Assembly: GCA_021818905.1 (NCBI GenBank)
Contig: JAKASS010000002.1
Location: forward strand, 24,142 to 88,141
Origin: Nanobdellota archaeon
Lineage (GTDB): Archaea; Nanobdellota; Nanobdellia; Parvarchaeales; Parvarchaeaceae
Reading direction: 5' to 3'
Length of the DNA: 64,000 bases
Shown here in pieces: positions 40,836 to 50,629 of this stretch. The translations under genes were made by a program, and so were the position numbers. How positions within the stretch are numbered: the stretch's first letter is position 1; every line of letters begins with the position of its first letter. The notes under the pieces are model-generated. The model searched no databases. It had not been told where the DNA came from and saw nothing but the letters and a program-made list of their open reading frames with translations.

Positions 40836-41756
40836 ATGTCTTCAGCAACCATAGTATTGCTATTCGCTGTACTGGCTCTTATATTGGTTGGGTTTGGCGC
40901 GATAGTAGGGTATCTTGTAGGTGATTTACTGGTAATAATGTCCTTATTCTTCGTTTTGGCGATAGGACTCAACATATTCTCGTATTACAAAAGCGACTAT
41001 CTCACTATAAAGATGACCCGGACTAAGATTATAGAACGAGAAGATAATCCTCGATTCTATGATCTTGTGAAGAAAGTGGCGGATATGGCAGGACTGCCAA
41101 TGCCAAGAGTCGGGATAATGAATTCGCCATCTCCAAACGCATTTGCTACGGGAAGAGACAAGAACCATGCGGTTGTCGTCGCAACTGGTAGCATACTTGC
41201 AATGCTAAATGACGACGAAATGGAAGCCGTTTTAGGCCACGAAATTAACCACATAACTCACAGGGATATACTTGTTTCATCTGTAGCCGCGACTATGGCA
41301 ACTATAATATCTTATATAGGCAACATAATACTTTTTTCCGAGCTTTTCGGCGGAATAAACAACAGAAACGGTAATACAACTATACTTTTGATAGTATCTG
41401 CTATACTTATCCCGTTAGGGGCGACATTTGTAAGACTGGGAATCTCTAGATCTAGAGAACTATACGCAGATATCGGAAGCGTAAGGCTTGTAAGAAAACC
41501 TGACGAGTTGATATCTTCGCTTCAAAAAATAAGCAAACCTGTCGTCAATAGCGCAAAAAGAGGTCCTTTTGGCATGGGAATGCCTAAACCTACCGGCGAA
41601 ATGGGCCAAAACTCTCAAGGCGCAGCATACTCATCGTTATTCATAGTAAACAATCTTAATGGAAGTGCACTGTTAAATCTCTTTTCTACGCATCCTACGT
41701 TGGAGAAAAGGGTCGCCGCTATATTAGCAGAAAAGCAAGCAATAGGAATGTATTAG
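40836..41756 (+). CDS. htpX: HtpX-family M48 membrane zinc metalloprotease
   Basis: 306 aa; 2+2 TM topology, zinc site LGHEINHITHRD, downstream ELYAD. Confidence 0.8.
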   Translation: MSSATIVLLFAVLALILVGFGAIVGYLVGDLLVIMSLFFVLAIGLNIFSYYKSDYLTIKMTRTKIIEREDNPRFYDLVKKVADMAGLPMPRVGIMNSPSPNAFATGRDKNHAVVVATGSILAMLNDDEMEAVLGHEINHITHRDILVSSVAATMATIISYIGNIILFSELFGGINNRNGNTTILLIVSAILIPLGATFVRLGISRSRELYADIGSVRLVRKPDELISSLQKISKPVVNSAKRGPFGMGMPKPTGEMGQNSQGAAYSSLFIVNNLNGSALLNLFSTHPTLEKRVAAILAEKQAIGMY

Positions 41757-41810
41757 TGCAAATTATTCCTAGATTAACGTATTAATCTTTTATAATATAT
41801 CCTTTGATAT

Positions 41811-41884
41811 GCTCCCGTAGTCTAGCTTGGACAGAACATTGCCCCGCGAAGGCGAAGACGCCGGTTCAAATCCGGCCAGGGGCA
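41811..41884 (+). tRNA. tRNA-Arg (anticodon GCG) candidate, atypical
   Basis: 74 nt: T-arm GCCGG-TTCAAAT-CCGGC, anticodon stem TTGCC/GGCGA with loop CCGCGAA (C at position 33), acceptor GCTCCCG/CAGGGGC with one C-A mismatch. Confidence 0.5.
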
Positions 41885-41960
41885 GCTTTGCGTTGTAGCA
41901 GCCAAAGAATACCAAAACACTAACCACATAATTTTTATTCAGGGGATACATGGTATAAAC

Positions 41961-43079
41961 ATGAATAACCTGTTAAAAGAGCGTGTAGAAAAGATTTTTG
42001 ATAAAATCGACGACAAAGACGTCTCACATATAATAATAAACAATGATATAAGCCCACAAATAGACTCTACGTTCTTCTACCTTACCGGAGTTAGCAGTGG
42101 AATATTCGAAAGATCTTTTGCGGTGGCATACGCAGACGGCGATGTGACAATTATAACCGGTGCTCTTGAGGCGGAGAGCGCTCGTAAGACTGATCTAAAA
42201 GTAATCGTAGTTGACAAAAAACCCAACGATGAATTTAAGACACAATTATTACAAGTACTAAAAGGCCATAAAAAGATTGGCGTAAATTACGGCGGACTAA
42301 CTGCAAAGAATTATCTTTGGCTCTGCGAGGCTGTAAAAGATTCTAAGATTGTAGACGTTAGTAATCCTATAGAGCACGCAAGAATGATAAAAGACGAAGT
42401 CGAGATAAAACTAATCAAAAGGTCTGCCGAAATCGCAAGCGCCTCGTTCTATCCGATAAAGGAAGCTATAAAAGAAGGCTTAAAAGAGACTGAAATGGCT
42501 GCTATAGTCAATTATAATATGATGAAACTTGGTGCAACTGGTGCATCTTTCGAAACCATATTTGGAAGCGGAAAAAATAGTGCCGAGCCACACTATGTTC
42601 CAAGGGACGATAGGATACTAAAAGGCGACCTTATAGTATGCGATTATGGGGCGAGGTATAAAAGATACTGCTCTGATACTACAAGAACATTCGTGATGGG
42701 AAACTCGGATGGAAAGAAAAAGAAAATTTACAACACTGTATTCGAAGCACAAAGAGCTTCGTTAGACATTATAAAGGCTGGAGCAAACGGACTTGACGTT
42801 TACAAGGCCGCGGCAAATGTTATAGACAAAAATGGGTATCATGGCCTATTTACGCATGGTGTAGGCCATTCGCTAGGCTTAGATGTACACGATAGCACAA
42901 TCCTTAATCCATACGGAGACTATCCGCTTGAGGAAGGCATGGTCTTAACGGTCGAACCAGGTGTATACGTACCTGGTTTTGGCGGCGTAAGAATAGAAGA
43001 CGACATTGTAATAACCAAGAAAGGATACGAAATTTTAACGACAGCACCGAAAACCTGGGATGAGATGATAATCGCCTAA
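41961..43079 (+). CDS. pepQ: Xaa-Pro aminopeptidase/dipeptidase (M24B)
   Basis: 372 aa; pita-bread fold metal ligands in HGVGHSLGLDVHD and VLTVEPGVY ... IED. Confidence 0.8.
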   Translation: MNNLLKERVEKIFDKIDDKDVSHIIINNDISPQIDSTFFYLTGVSSGIFERSFAVAYADGDVTIITGALEAESARKTDLKVIVVDKKPNDEFKTQLLQVLKGHKKIGVNYGGLTAKNYLWLCEAVKDSKIVDVSNPIEHARMIKDEVEIKLIKRSAEIASASFYPIKEAIKEGLKETEMAAIVNYNMMKLGATGASFETIFGSGKNSAEPHYVPRDDRILKGDLIVCDYGARYKRYCSDTTRTFVMGNSDGKKKKIYNTVFEAQRASLDIIKAGANGLDVYKAAANVIDKNGYHGLFTHGVGHSLGLDVHDSTILNPYGDYPLEEGMVLTVEPGVYVPGFGGVRIEDDIVITKKGYEILTTAPKTWDEMIIA

Positions 43080-43085
43080 GCAGAA

Positions 43086-43370
43086 TTAACAAAACCGACA
43101 CTTATTAATTTTCTTAGCCTTGTAGCTGAATCTATCTTCTCTAATTTTAGCAAAGTATTCGATTAGGTTTTCCCCATAAACTAGTTGCATCAAGTACCTA
43201 TGCGCTTTATTATCCAGCTCCAAATCGCTGTACACCAATGCATAAGGCATAGCTACGAATTTGCTGCTTGCGTCATATGGCCTCTTCAAAGACTTGTATT
43301 CGCTAATAACTCCTGCGCTTGTTTCAGTTACAGAACTATGTCCCTTCAAATAAATCCCCTTATGCACCAA
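43086..43370 (-). CDS. hypothetical protein
   Basis: 94 aa ORF ending ...KCRFC; no motif. Confidence 0.25.
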   Translation of the reverse strand: MVHKGIYLKGHSSVTETSAGVISEYKSLKRPYDASSKFVAMPYALVYSDLELDNKAHRYLMQLVYGENLIEYFAKIREDRFSYKAKKINKCRFC

Positions 43371-43571
43371 ATTGATTTTCTTGATGTCTGCGTAGTTTAC
43401 TTTAGGGTCTGTCTATGGTCAAGACGGTAAAATAATATGCGTGATTGCAAATTTAGATCGTATCCGACAGGCCATGTAGTCAAAACGCACTATTACTGAG
43501 CGAATCGCGGAGCCAACATCCAAGGGAAAGAAAGTAGTTTATAAATGTATCATTTTATTTTGCGGCAATCC

Positions 43572-44345
43572 CTAATATAGACTATGAAAATTTTGCATGT
43601 CTGCGACTACGCTGTTCGACTCTAAGTTTCTCAATCTTTTCCCGCATTTTTCATAGGCATTTACTAGAGACAAACCAGAATCACTAGGACGGGTACATAC
43701 GACTATAGAACCTTCGGCTATATTTTCATTTTTTAAGATCGAAGAACAAAGCACATCTCGGATTTTTCCCCAGCGGCCCCAAATTAAATCGAGTATATTC
43801 GAAGCATAAATCATGTATACTCCGGGTTCGTTTATCGCTGCTACGGCCTTTTCCAGCGAGCTTCTTACTAGGCATACGCTGGGCTGCCTTTGGACAACGG
43901 GTCTTTCGCTTATTCCAGGAAAATGCGAATTTCTTGGATTAACGGTTTTGTAATGCCTTTCCAGCTCTTTAACATAGTCCTCCTCGCGCTCGTTTGAATT
44001 ATATATATCAACCACTTTCCTAAAGTTTTCCAACTGCCAGCGACTAAGGTCGACAAGCGTTATGGATTTTAGAGGACGGCCTAGCTCACCAATCAGTTCT
44101 AAATTTTGAGTTCCGCCACCACAAATTCCAATATATCTCTCTACCGAAGAAAGCCTGTCGCTTCCTATCTCTTTTCCCAAGTTGGATAAGCACTCGTTAG
44201 ATACCGGGTAGCACGAGACGAAGCATGAACTAAATAAACCGGGCTTTGTTAAAGGCAGTATTAGAAGCTTTTCAAGCCCACGCGCCTTATAGCCGCTAAC
44301 CTTTATTTTGTCTGTAAGACTTGCACCAGACATTTGACTCGTCAT
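43572..44345 (-). CDS. hypothetical protein, possible Rossmann/SAM-methyltransferase-like
   Basis: 257 aa; glycine-rich YIGICGGGTQN followed by LVDLS acidic strand; weak. Confidence 0.3.
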   Translation of the reverse strand: MTSQMSGASLTDKIKVSGYKARGLEKLLILPLTKPGLFSSCFVSCYPVSNECLSNLGKEIGSDRLSSVERYIGICGGGTQNLELIGELGRPLKSITLVDLSRWQLENFRKVVDIYNSNEREEDYVKELERHYKTVNPRNSHFPGISERPVVQRQPSVCLVRSSLEKAVAAINEPGVYMIYASNILDLIWGRWGKIRDVLCSSILKNENIAEGSIVVCTRPSDSGLSLVNAYEKCGKRLRNLESNSVVADMQNFHSLY

Positions 44346-44847
44346 TAGGTTTTAAAGAAATTAGCATCTATTTAAAGGTATGCTTATGCAGAGCGTTGTA
44401 GTTTAATTACCAATAAAACTACAAAATCGGGAATAAAACTACAAGATGATTTGGCCAGTAACAGCTCCGAAAGTGGAAGTCTTAAATAAAGCGGACTACT
44501 CTAAGCTATTATGGCAAAGGTGAAGGTTACTTTTAAAGTCGATTCTTTTCGCATGGAAACTAAGGAATTTGACTTGGCTGATTCGGCGCAGGCGGAAGCC
44601 TTGGATATTCTCTTGAAGAAGCATCCGGAACTAAAACTTAAACCACCAAGAAAAGAGACTAAAATCTAGCCGCCCCTCAAGGAAGAAAAGCGAATCAAAA
44701 AGATCGAGGAATACTATTAGAAATGGTTAATAGAGACTAAGAAAGAATGGATCAAGCTGGGCGGAAAAGTTTAGAGTAACTACAGAATTTGAGGGTTATA
44801 ATATTATTAAAAATTAATTTAATAATCTAATGACACTTTAATAATAT

Positions 44848-45267
44848 ATGCAAAATAAAGAAATACTGAGAAAGCTTCAAGAATATAATAAGATATTAGA
44901 CGAGTTGCAGGCTGCTGGCGTGTTAAACTCCGCAAATTTGGTTTCTTCATATGGTGAATATGTAGCATGTAAGCGTTTACACTTAACACGCAATAGTAAC
45001 TCTAATCAGAAAGGATACGATGCATTAGACAAAAAAGATAAAAAATATCAAATAAAAGCTCGTAAAGATAGTAGACGTAGTAAAGGTATGGTATTCCTTA
45101 TAAAAAGAGAAAAAATAAAGGATTTCAATTATTTAATTCTAGTAAAATTCGATTTTTATTGGGACATAAAATACATGCTTAAACTTTCTCAAAAGGATGC
45201 AAAAAGAGAGTGGTCTAACGGAAGGATAAACGAAACGATAGACTTAGTTAAGAAATTTAAAATATAA
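44848..45267 (+). CDS. hypothetical protein with PD-(D/E)xK-nuclease-like core (Hjc/restriction-endonuclease-like)
   Basis: 139 aa; N-terminal helix, then GEYVA ... KGYDALD ... KYQIKARK arrangement resembling E / D / (E/Q)xK catalytic triad spacing; adjacent to IS remnants. Confidence 0.3.
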   Translation: MQNKEILRKLQEYNKILDELQAAGVLNSANLVSSYGEYVACKRLHLTRNSNSNQKGYDALDKKDKKYQIKARKDSRRSKGMVFLIKREKIKDFNYLILVKFDFYWDIKYMLKLSQKDAKREWSNGRINETIDLVKKFKI

Positions 45268-45431
45268 AAATTAATGTTTTTGAATAAAGATCGTTTTTTT
45301 AGATTTAATTCTTCTTTTTCATTAAGTTTTTTCTGAGTTTTTCTAAAACCACGAGCCGTCGCCATACCAATTCATTTTCTTTACATGTTTCTATAACGAC
45401 TACTGCTTTTTTAGGGTCCAGATATTCCTTT

Positions 45432-45836
45432 GTGAACAGCTTGACGTCCTCGTTCATCACTTTGTCGACTTTATTGTACATTACGCTTGGCGGGACTGCT
45501 TACATCCCTTTCGGAAGTAATGCCAGTGGTAAGCCAAGAGGAAAATCTTGGGTATGGAGAAAGATGTTCAATTACTTCGTCTACCAGAGAGAGGAGTTTA
45601 TGGGACACTATCACTTGAGAAGCAACATAGAAACGACCAACTTTATGATAAAAGCCAAGTTTGGCGATGTGGTTAGAAGCAAGAATAAGACCGCACAAAT
45701 AAACGAGGTCTTGTTAAAAGTCCTTTGCCATAACATAGTTGTGCTTATACAATCGATGTTTGAGCTAAATATAGAGCCAGAATTCTTATCGAATAAAACT
45801 ACAAACGAGGTGATTAAACTACAGAAAAACAATTAA
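45432..45836 (+). pseudogene. IS4/IS5-like DDE transposase, C-terminal fragment
   Basis: 134 aa ORF whose upstream part is degraded; C-terminal RSNIETTNFMIKAKFGDVVRSKNKTAQINEVLLKVLCHNI resembles the conserved C-terminus of IS5-family transposases. Confidence 0.5.
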
Positions 45837-45862
45837 ACGACAACGCCCTTGTGCAGGGCGTT

Positions 45863-46805
45863 GGGCACTGTTACCAAATACGGTTGGTGAATGTTAATTA
45901 CATCGGCTGCCATCTTTATTTAAGGTAAAAAATGGAAAACCGATGTAATTATTGTAAAAGTAGCAGCGCAGCCTTAAATGGTTTTAGAAAGACGAAAAAC
46001 AGGGGAAACATACAGCGATACCGCTGTATGTCCTGCGGTAAGACGTTCGTGGAAAACGGCGGTTTCAGGTGGAAACACCATGCGAAACGCACCATAATCG
46101 GCAGTATTCACCTCCATCTGATAGGATCGTCGCTTAGGGACGCTGCAAAGTTCCTTTCCGTGTCCGTTGATTCCGTATTCAGGTGGTTTCTTGAATACGG
46201 AAAAATGATCATAGGATACGTAAAGGACATGAAGCCTTTCAGGACGGAAAGGCTTCACATGGACGAGATGTCCGTAAAGACGCGTGGGAAGTCCTTTTAC
46301 GTATGGGCTTCCATCTGCAGGGAGAGCAGGTTTGCCACGGCTTTTCTCGCTTCCGACAGGACGAAGAAGAACGCCAGACTGCTGATGAAGGAGTCCCCGC
46401 CAGCCATGAACATCACCACGGACGGAGCCTTCGGATACGGATCCGTAATAAAAGACTTAAAAGGCTTGGGGTATCACCACGACCACTATCACCGCTGCGC
46501 TTCCTTCGAGGACAAGAAGGACAATAATCTCATAGAAAGATGGAATAATTCCTATCGTGCTAATACCCACGAGCTTCGCGGGTTCAAGGAGCTTTACACT
46601 GGAGACTTGTTCGTAAGATTGTGGACGTTCTACTATGACTTCATAAGGCCGCATTCTTCCCTCGGCAGGACCCCTGCTGAAGAAGCGGGACTTGTAAGGT
46701 ATCACGAAGGCGATGATTGGTTCGGACGGTGGGAACGATGGGTCGAGAGAGCTTCGCTCTCTTTTTATTTGGCTTATATATCAACCGTATTTAGTAACAG
46801 TGCCC
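45863..46805 (+). mobile_element. IS6-family insertion sequence (~943 bp) with 26-bp imperfect terminal inverted repeats
   Basis: Left IR GGGCACTGTTACCAAATACGGTTGGT (45863..45888) vs reverse complement of right IR (46780..46805) GGGCACTGTTACTAAATACGGTTGAT, 24/26 identical; IR start GGCACTGTT matches IS26/IS6-family IR consensus GGCACTGTTGCAAA; element is markedly GC-richer than flanks. Confidence 0.7.
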
Positions 46806-46981
46806 AGGAATCTGCCAAATCCTTCCTTCGAGGTCTCCGTGTATCCCTCTTTTATTATTTTTCCATGTTCTTCCACCACTACATAGCTCTGCCTCTTTCC
46901 CGTGTTTATCGACACTACCCTCCCTGCCGTCTTTTCCGTTTCTCCCATGTTCCCTTCGCCTCCGAAAGCGACGACCTTTGA
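45932..46981 (+). CDS. tnp: IS6-family DDE transposase with N-terminal zinc ribbon (frame reads through right IR)
   Basis: N-terminal CNYC...CMSC ribbon; DDE region HMDEM ... ITTDGAFGY ... NNLIERWN collinear with IS26 Tnp (DETYIK ... IVTDKA ... NNLIEQDH); no stop codon before right IR so ORF continues 59 codons into flanking DNA. Confidence 0.7.
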   Translation: MENRCNYCKSSSAALNGFRKTKNRGNIQRYRCMSCGKTFVENGGFRWKHHAKRTIIGSIHLHLIGSSLRDAAKFLSVSVDSVFRWFLEYGKMIIGYVKDMKPFRTERLHMDEMSVKTRGKSFYVWASICRESRFATAFLASDRTKKNARLLMKESPPAMNITTDGAFGYGSVIKDLKGLGYHHDHYHRCASFEDKKDNNLIERWNNSYRANTHELRGFKELYTGDLFVRLWTFYYDFIRPHSSLGRTPAEEAGLVRYHEGDDWFGRWERWVERASLSFYLAYISTVFSNSAQESAKSFLRGLRVSLFYYFSMFFHHYIALPLSRVYRHYPPCRLFRFSHVPFASESDDL

Positions 46982-47122
46982 CTTGTCGTCGCTTTCCGTA
47001 AACTATTTATTCTCTCTCTTTATTATGCCCCACGATCATAAGTCGCAATCAGCATTAGAATATCTCTTGACCTATGCACAAGCGTAGATAAGTTTTATTA
47101 GAACAAATTGCATAAAATAACA

Positions 47123-48646
47123 ATGGCAAAGCTTGAATTAAGTGAATATTTTTCTGAAATTTATAAAAAAGGCGAAGTGCCGCGATTTAAGGTATTCGTA
47201 GATGGAAAATGGATCGATGCTAAGGAAACTACGGATTTGGTAAGCCCAGTCGATGAAAAGGTCGTCGCACAAATAAGCGCTGTGTCTGCTGAACAGGTAA
47301 AAATGGCTTTGGACTCTGCGGGCGCAAATAAAAACAAGATACGTGACATGGCTGCCATAGACAGATTAGAATTGCTAAATCGGATAAGACAAGAATTAGC
47401 CCGGCACAAAGATGAGATAGTAAAAGTCTTGATGATAGAATCTGGTAAAGCATTTAGGGCCGCTAGCGGAGAACTAAATGCTGCTTTGGAGAGAATGCGA
47501 CTTGGTATGGAAGACTCAAGAAAGATAATGGGGGAGTATATGCCAGGAGACTGGTCTAGCGACACTGCCCAGAAAGTTGCACTTGTTATAAGAGAGCCCA
47601 TCGGCGTAGTGCTCGGCATTTCTCCGTTTAATTATCCAGTCTATACTTCGATAGCAAAAGTTCTGCCAGCGCTTCTTGCCGGCAACTCTGTCGTAATAAA
47701 GCCCCCTAGCGCAGATCCATTGGCATTTCTTATGTGCACAGAGATATTCAGAAAAATGGGCTTACCTAGCGGCACATTGCAAGTATTGACTGGCAGCAGG
47801 GAAGAAGTAGGCGACCTGCTTATAAAAAGCGATGAAGTTAACATGATAAGTTTCACTGGCAGCACAAACGTAGGAAAGCACATATCATCTATTGCTGGTC
47901 TTAAGAAAATGCACTTAGAACTCGGCGGTAAAGCTTCGGCGGTCGTGCTAGATGACGCTGACCTAGACTTGGCGGCAAAAGAATGTGTAAAAGGTTCCAT
48001 AGAGCTCGCAGGTCAAAGATGCGATGCTGTCAGCAGAATCCTAGTGGTAGAGAAAGTCTACAATGAATTTATAACCAAAATAAAAACCCACCTTAAAGAT
48101 TATAAGCTCGGTAACCCCTTTGATGGCGAGGAAATAACCGTCGGACCAGTAATAAGCATAAAAGCGGCTAAGAGAATAGACGGAATGCTGCAAGATGCTA
48201 TTAAGAAGGGCGCTAAACTACTTGCAGGTGGAAAATACGATGACGCTTATTACGAACCTACGCTTCTCATAGACGTACCACTAACCGCTGAAATAGCAAA
48301 TGAAGAAACATTTGGTCCTATTATAACAGTAATAAAAGTGAAAGACATCGAAGATGCGATAAGAGTTGCGAATAATTCTAATTACGGACTAGATTCCTGT
48401 GTCTTTACGGAGAATTTCTATAAGACCTGGGAAGTAATGAAAGCACTGAAGGCGGGTAATGTGACTCTAAATGCTGCGCCTTCGCATGGTACTGCTTATT
48501 TCCCTTTCGGCGGGATAAAAGATTCCGGCCAAGGAAAAGAAGGGGTAGGATACAGTATAGAAGAAATGACAGTAATGAAGACGATGATCTTTAATCTAGC
48601 TCCAAAAAACCTCGGCAAAAAATACACCGGCGAATTTAAGGACTAA
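47123..48646 (+). CDS. NAD(P)-dependent aldehyde dehydrogenase (possibly non-phosphorylating glyceraldehyde-3-phosphate dehydrogenase, GAPN)
   Basis: ~507 aa from ATG 47123 (track uses TTG at 47108); ALDH motifs ELGGKA and catalytic Cys region AGQRCDA. Confidence 0.75.
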   Translation: MAKLELSEYFSEIYKKGEVPRFKVFVDGKWIDAKETTDLVSPVDEKVVAQISAVSAEQVKMALDSAGANKNKIRDMAAIDRLELLNRIRQELARHKDEIVKVLMIESGKAFRAASGELNAALERMRLGMEDSRKIMGEYMPGDWSSDTAQKVALVIREPIGVVLGISPFNYPVYTSIAKVLPALLAGNSVVIKPPSADPLAFLMCTEIFRKMGLPSGTLQVLTGSREEVGDLLIKSDEVNMISFTGSTNVGKHISSIAGLKKMHLELGGKASAVVLDDADLDLAAKECVKGSIELAGQRCDAVSRILVVEKVYNEFITKIKTHLKDYKLGNPFDGEEITVGPVISIKAAKRIDGMLQDAIKKGAKLLAGGKYDDAYYEPTLLIDVPLTAEIANEETFGPIITVIKVKDIEDAIRVANNSNYGLDSCVFTENFYKTWEVMKALKAGNVTLNAAPSHGTAYFPFGGIKDSGQGKEGVGYSIEEMTVMKTMIFNLAPKNLGKKYTGEFKD

Positions 48647-48711
48647 CTAATATTATATGAAATAAGGCCTTTGTAAACATTAAATAGGCAAAAATACATG
48701 ATTTTATACAT

Positions 48712-48909
48712 ATGACAATGCAGAAGTGGGAGAGAGTGATAGAACTAAGCATAATCGGTGTCGTTCTTTTTATAGGACTAGTTTCTATTTTATACAGCTG
48801 GATAGACGGCGCCATCGGTGGAATTGTAAATGTATATGTGCTCACTGCAATCGCCGCCGTATTATCATTCCTTATAGTTTACGCGATAAAGGTATTTGAC
48901 AAAGGCTAG
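48712..48909 (+). CDS. small two-TM membrane protein, hypothetical
   Basis: 65 aa ORF with two hydrophobic helices. Confidence 0.3.
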   Translation: MTMQKWERVIELSIIGVVLFIGLVSILYSWIDGAIGGIVNVYVLTAIAAVLSFLIVYAIKVFDKG

Positions 48910-48911
48910 AT

Positions 48912-49241
48912 ATGCGTACCAAAAAAAGGTATCTGCTGGTCGAAATCAGCGGTATTACTTCCGCAGAAGAATTTGAGAAGGCGGTGCGCTCTACATTGAA
49001 TAACCTGGAACCTCTGATTTCCATAAAGGCGAACCTGCGGATAATAAAAGATTGCTTTTCTAGCACACCGGACAGTATTTTAGGTATATTGAGCGTAGAC
49101 AATTCTTACAAAAATCAAGTGATATTCTTATTATCTTTAATTGGTAAGTTTTATAAATCAAACCTGCTTACCTTAAAAAGTAGTGGTAGTCTAAAAAAGA
49201 TAAAATTGGAGGAAACTAGATATGGAACAAATGCCAAATGA
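48912..49241 (+). CDS. rnp2: RNase P protein component 2 (Pop5/Rpp14)-like
   Basis: 109 aa; RYLLVEI start and position immediately upstream of psmA match the first gene of the archaeal exosome/proteasome superoperon. Confidence 0.5.
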   Translation: MRTKKRYLLVEISGITSAEEFEKAVRSTLNNLEPLISIKANLRIIKDCFSSTPDSILGILSVDNSYKNQVIFLLSLIGKFYKSNLLTLKSSGSLKKIKLEETRYGTNAK

Positions 49242-49932
49242 TTTAATGGGTTATGACCGTGCAATCACGCTCTTCAGCCCAGATGGTAGACTTTTACAAG
49301 TAGAATACGCTCGAAAGACTGTCTCTCAGGGTTCTGCTGCATTGGCTTTGGCCGGCAAGGACTCCATTGTTTTCGTGGCCGATAAAAGACTTCCTGAAGT
49401 GGAAAAACTTATAGTTACAGAAAGCATAGAAAAAATATTTAAAATAGACGAATTTGCTGGCGTTGCGATATCAGGTATGATAGCAGATGGCCGCGCGCTT
49501 ATAGAAAAGGCTCAGTTAGAAGCGCAACAGCACCGCGTCACTTACAACGAACAGGCGGATATGTTACTTCTTATAAAAAAGATCAGTTCTGAAATGCAAG
49601 CTTTCACGCAGTACGGTGGCGCAAGACCTTACGGTGTAAGCATGTTGTTCGGAGGGTTAAGAAATGAAAAGCCGGTCCTATTCATGTTAGAACCAAGCGG
49701 GATATTTTTCCAGTACAAGGCAGTGGCCATAGGCGAAGGTTCACAAGCTATAAACAAGAGCTTGGAAGAAGGATATAAGACAGACATGGATACTGATGCA
49801 TTGATAAAGGTCGCTATAAAAGCCATGAAAGTTGGCGGTATAAAACTACATCCCGACAGATTTGAAATAGTCATCATCAATGCTTCTGGTTTTAGGAGAC
49901 TTGGAAAAGAAGAGATATCAGCATACATCTAA
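49222..49932 (+). CDS. psmA: proteasome subunit alpha
   Basis: 236 aa; N-terminal YDRAITLFSPDGRLLQVEYA signature. Confidence 0.9.
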   Translation: MEQMPNDLMGYDRAITLFSPDGRLLQVEYARKTVSQGSAALALAGKDSIVFVADKRLPEVEKLIVTESIEKIFKIDEFAGVAISGMIADGRALIEKAQLEAQQHRVTYNEQADMLLLIKKISSEMQAFTQYGGARPYGVSMLFGGLRNEKPVLFMLEPSGIFFQYKAVAIGEGSQAINKSLEEGYKTDMDTDALIKVAIKAMKVGGIKLHPDRFEIVIINASGFRRLGKEEISAYI

Positions 49933-49949
49933 GCAATCTCATCAAATAC

Positions 49950-50624
49950 ATGGAAGATAGAGTAATAGCAAGACTTCAGATCGAAGACAAAAGATTCGAG
50001 ATTTTTGTCGACTGTGAAAAGGCGATGGCCATAAAAGAAGGCAAAAACGATGATATAACTTCTGCACTTTTAGTCGACAAGATATTCAAGGATATAAAGA
50101 AGGGTGAAGTCGCTGGCAATCTTGACAAGACTTTTGGCACAGAAGATGTAAACAAAGTAGCTCTAGAGATAATAAAAAGAGGGGAAATCCAGATCAGCAG
50201 TGCGTACAGAGAAAAGCAGACTGTGATGCTAAAGAACAGGATAATAGACAACATAGCTTCCATGGCTATAGATTCTATGACAAACTTACCAATACCAAGA
50301 AAAAGGATAGAACTTGCTATGAATGAAGTGCATCATAATTTTGATTTGAATAAACCAGAGAAAGAACAGACAGAAGATGTCCTTATAAAGCTTAAAAAGA
50401 TCTTACCTATAAAACTAGGGGAATTCTCCTACTTGGCTGAGATACCATTGGCCTACGCAAACGACTCAATGTTATCTTTAAAAAGGTTAGCAGACATTAA
50501 AAGTAATACAAGAAATGACAACGGGATAAGTGTTACTTTCTCGGTAAAAGCTGGAAGTGAAGGAGAGCTTTTAAGTAAATTAAAGAGTGTGACGCATGGC
50601 ACAATAATGCTAAGGAGAATATAG
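49950..50624 (+). CDS. sdo1: ribosome maturation protein SBDS/Sdo1 homolog
   Basis: 224 aa; conserved position between psmA and rrp4; FYSH-like N-terminal region. Confidence 0.65.
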   Translation: MEDRVIARLQIEDKRFEIFVDCEKAMAIKEGKNDDITSALLVDKIFKDIKKGEVAGNLDKTFGTEDVNKVALEIIKRGEIQISSAYREKQTVMLKNRIIDNIASMAIDSMTNLPIPRKRIELAMNEVHHNFDLNKPEKEQTEDVLIKLKKILPIKLGEFSYLAEIPLAYANDSMLSLKRLADIKSNTRNDNGISVTFSVKAGSEGELLSKLKSVTHGTIMLRRI

Positions 50625-50629
50625 AAAAT

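Noticed and set aside
46806-47100. GC-rich open frames on both strands right of the IS6 element (including an R/G/K-rich 57-codon minus frame)
   Set aside because: Low-complexity and continuous with transposase read-through; more likely non-coding co-mobilised or degraded DNA than genes
47108-47122. TTG start at 47108 for the aldehyde dehydrogenase
   Set aside because: ATG at 47123 (MAKLELSEYF) is the more plausible start; the upstream extension MHKIT adds nothing conserved
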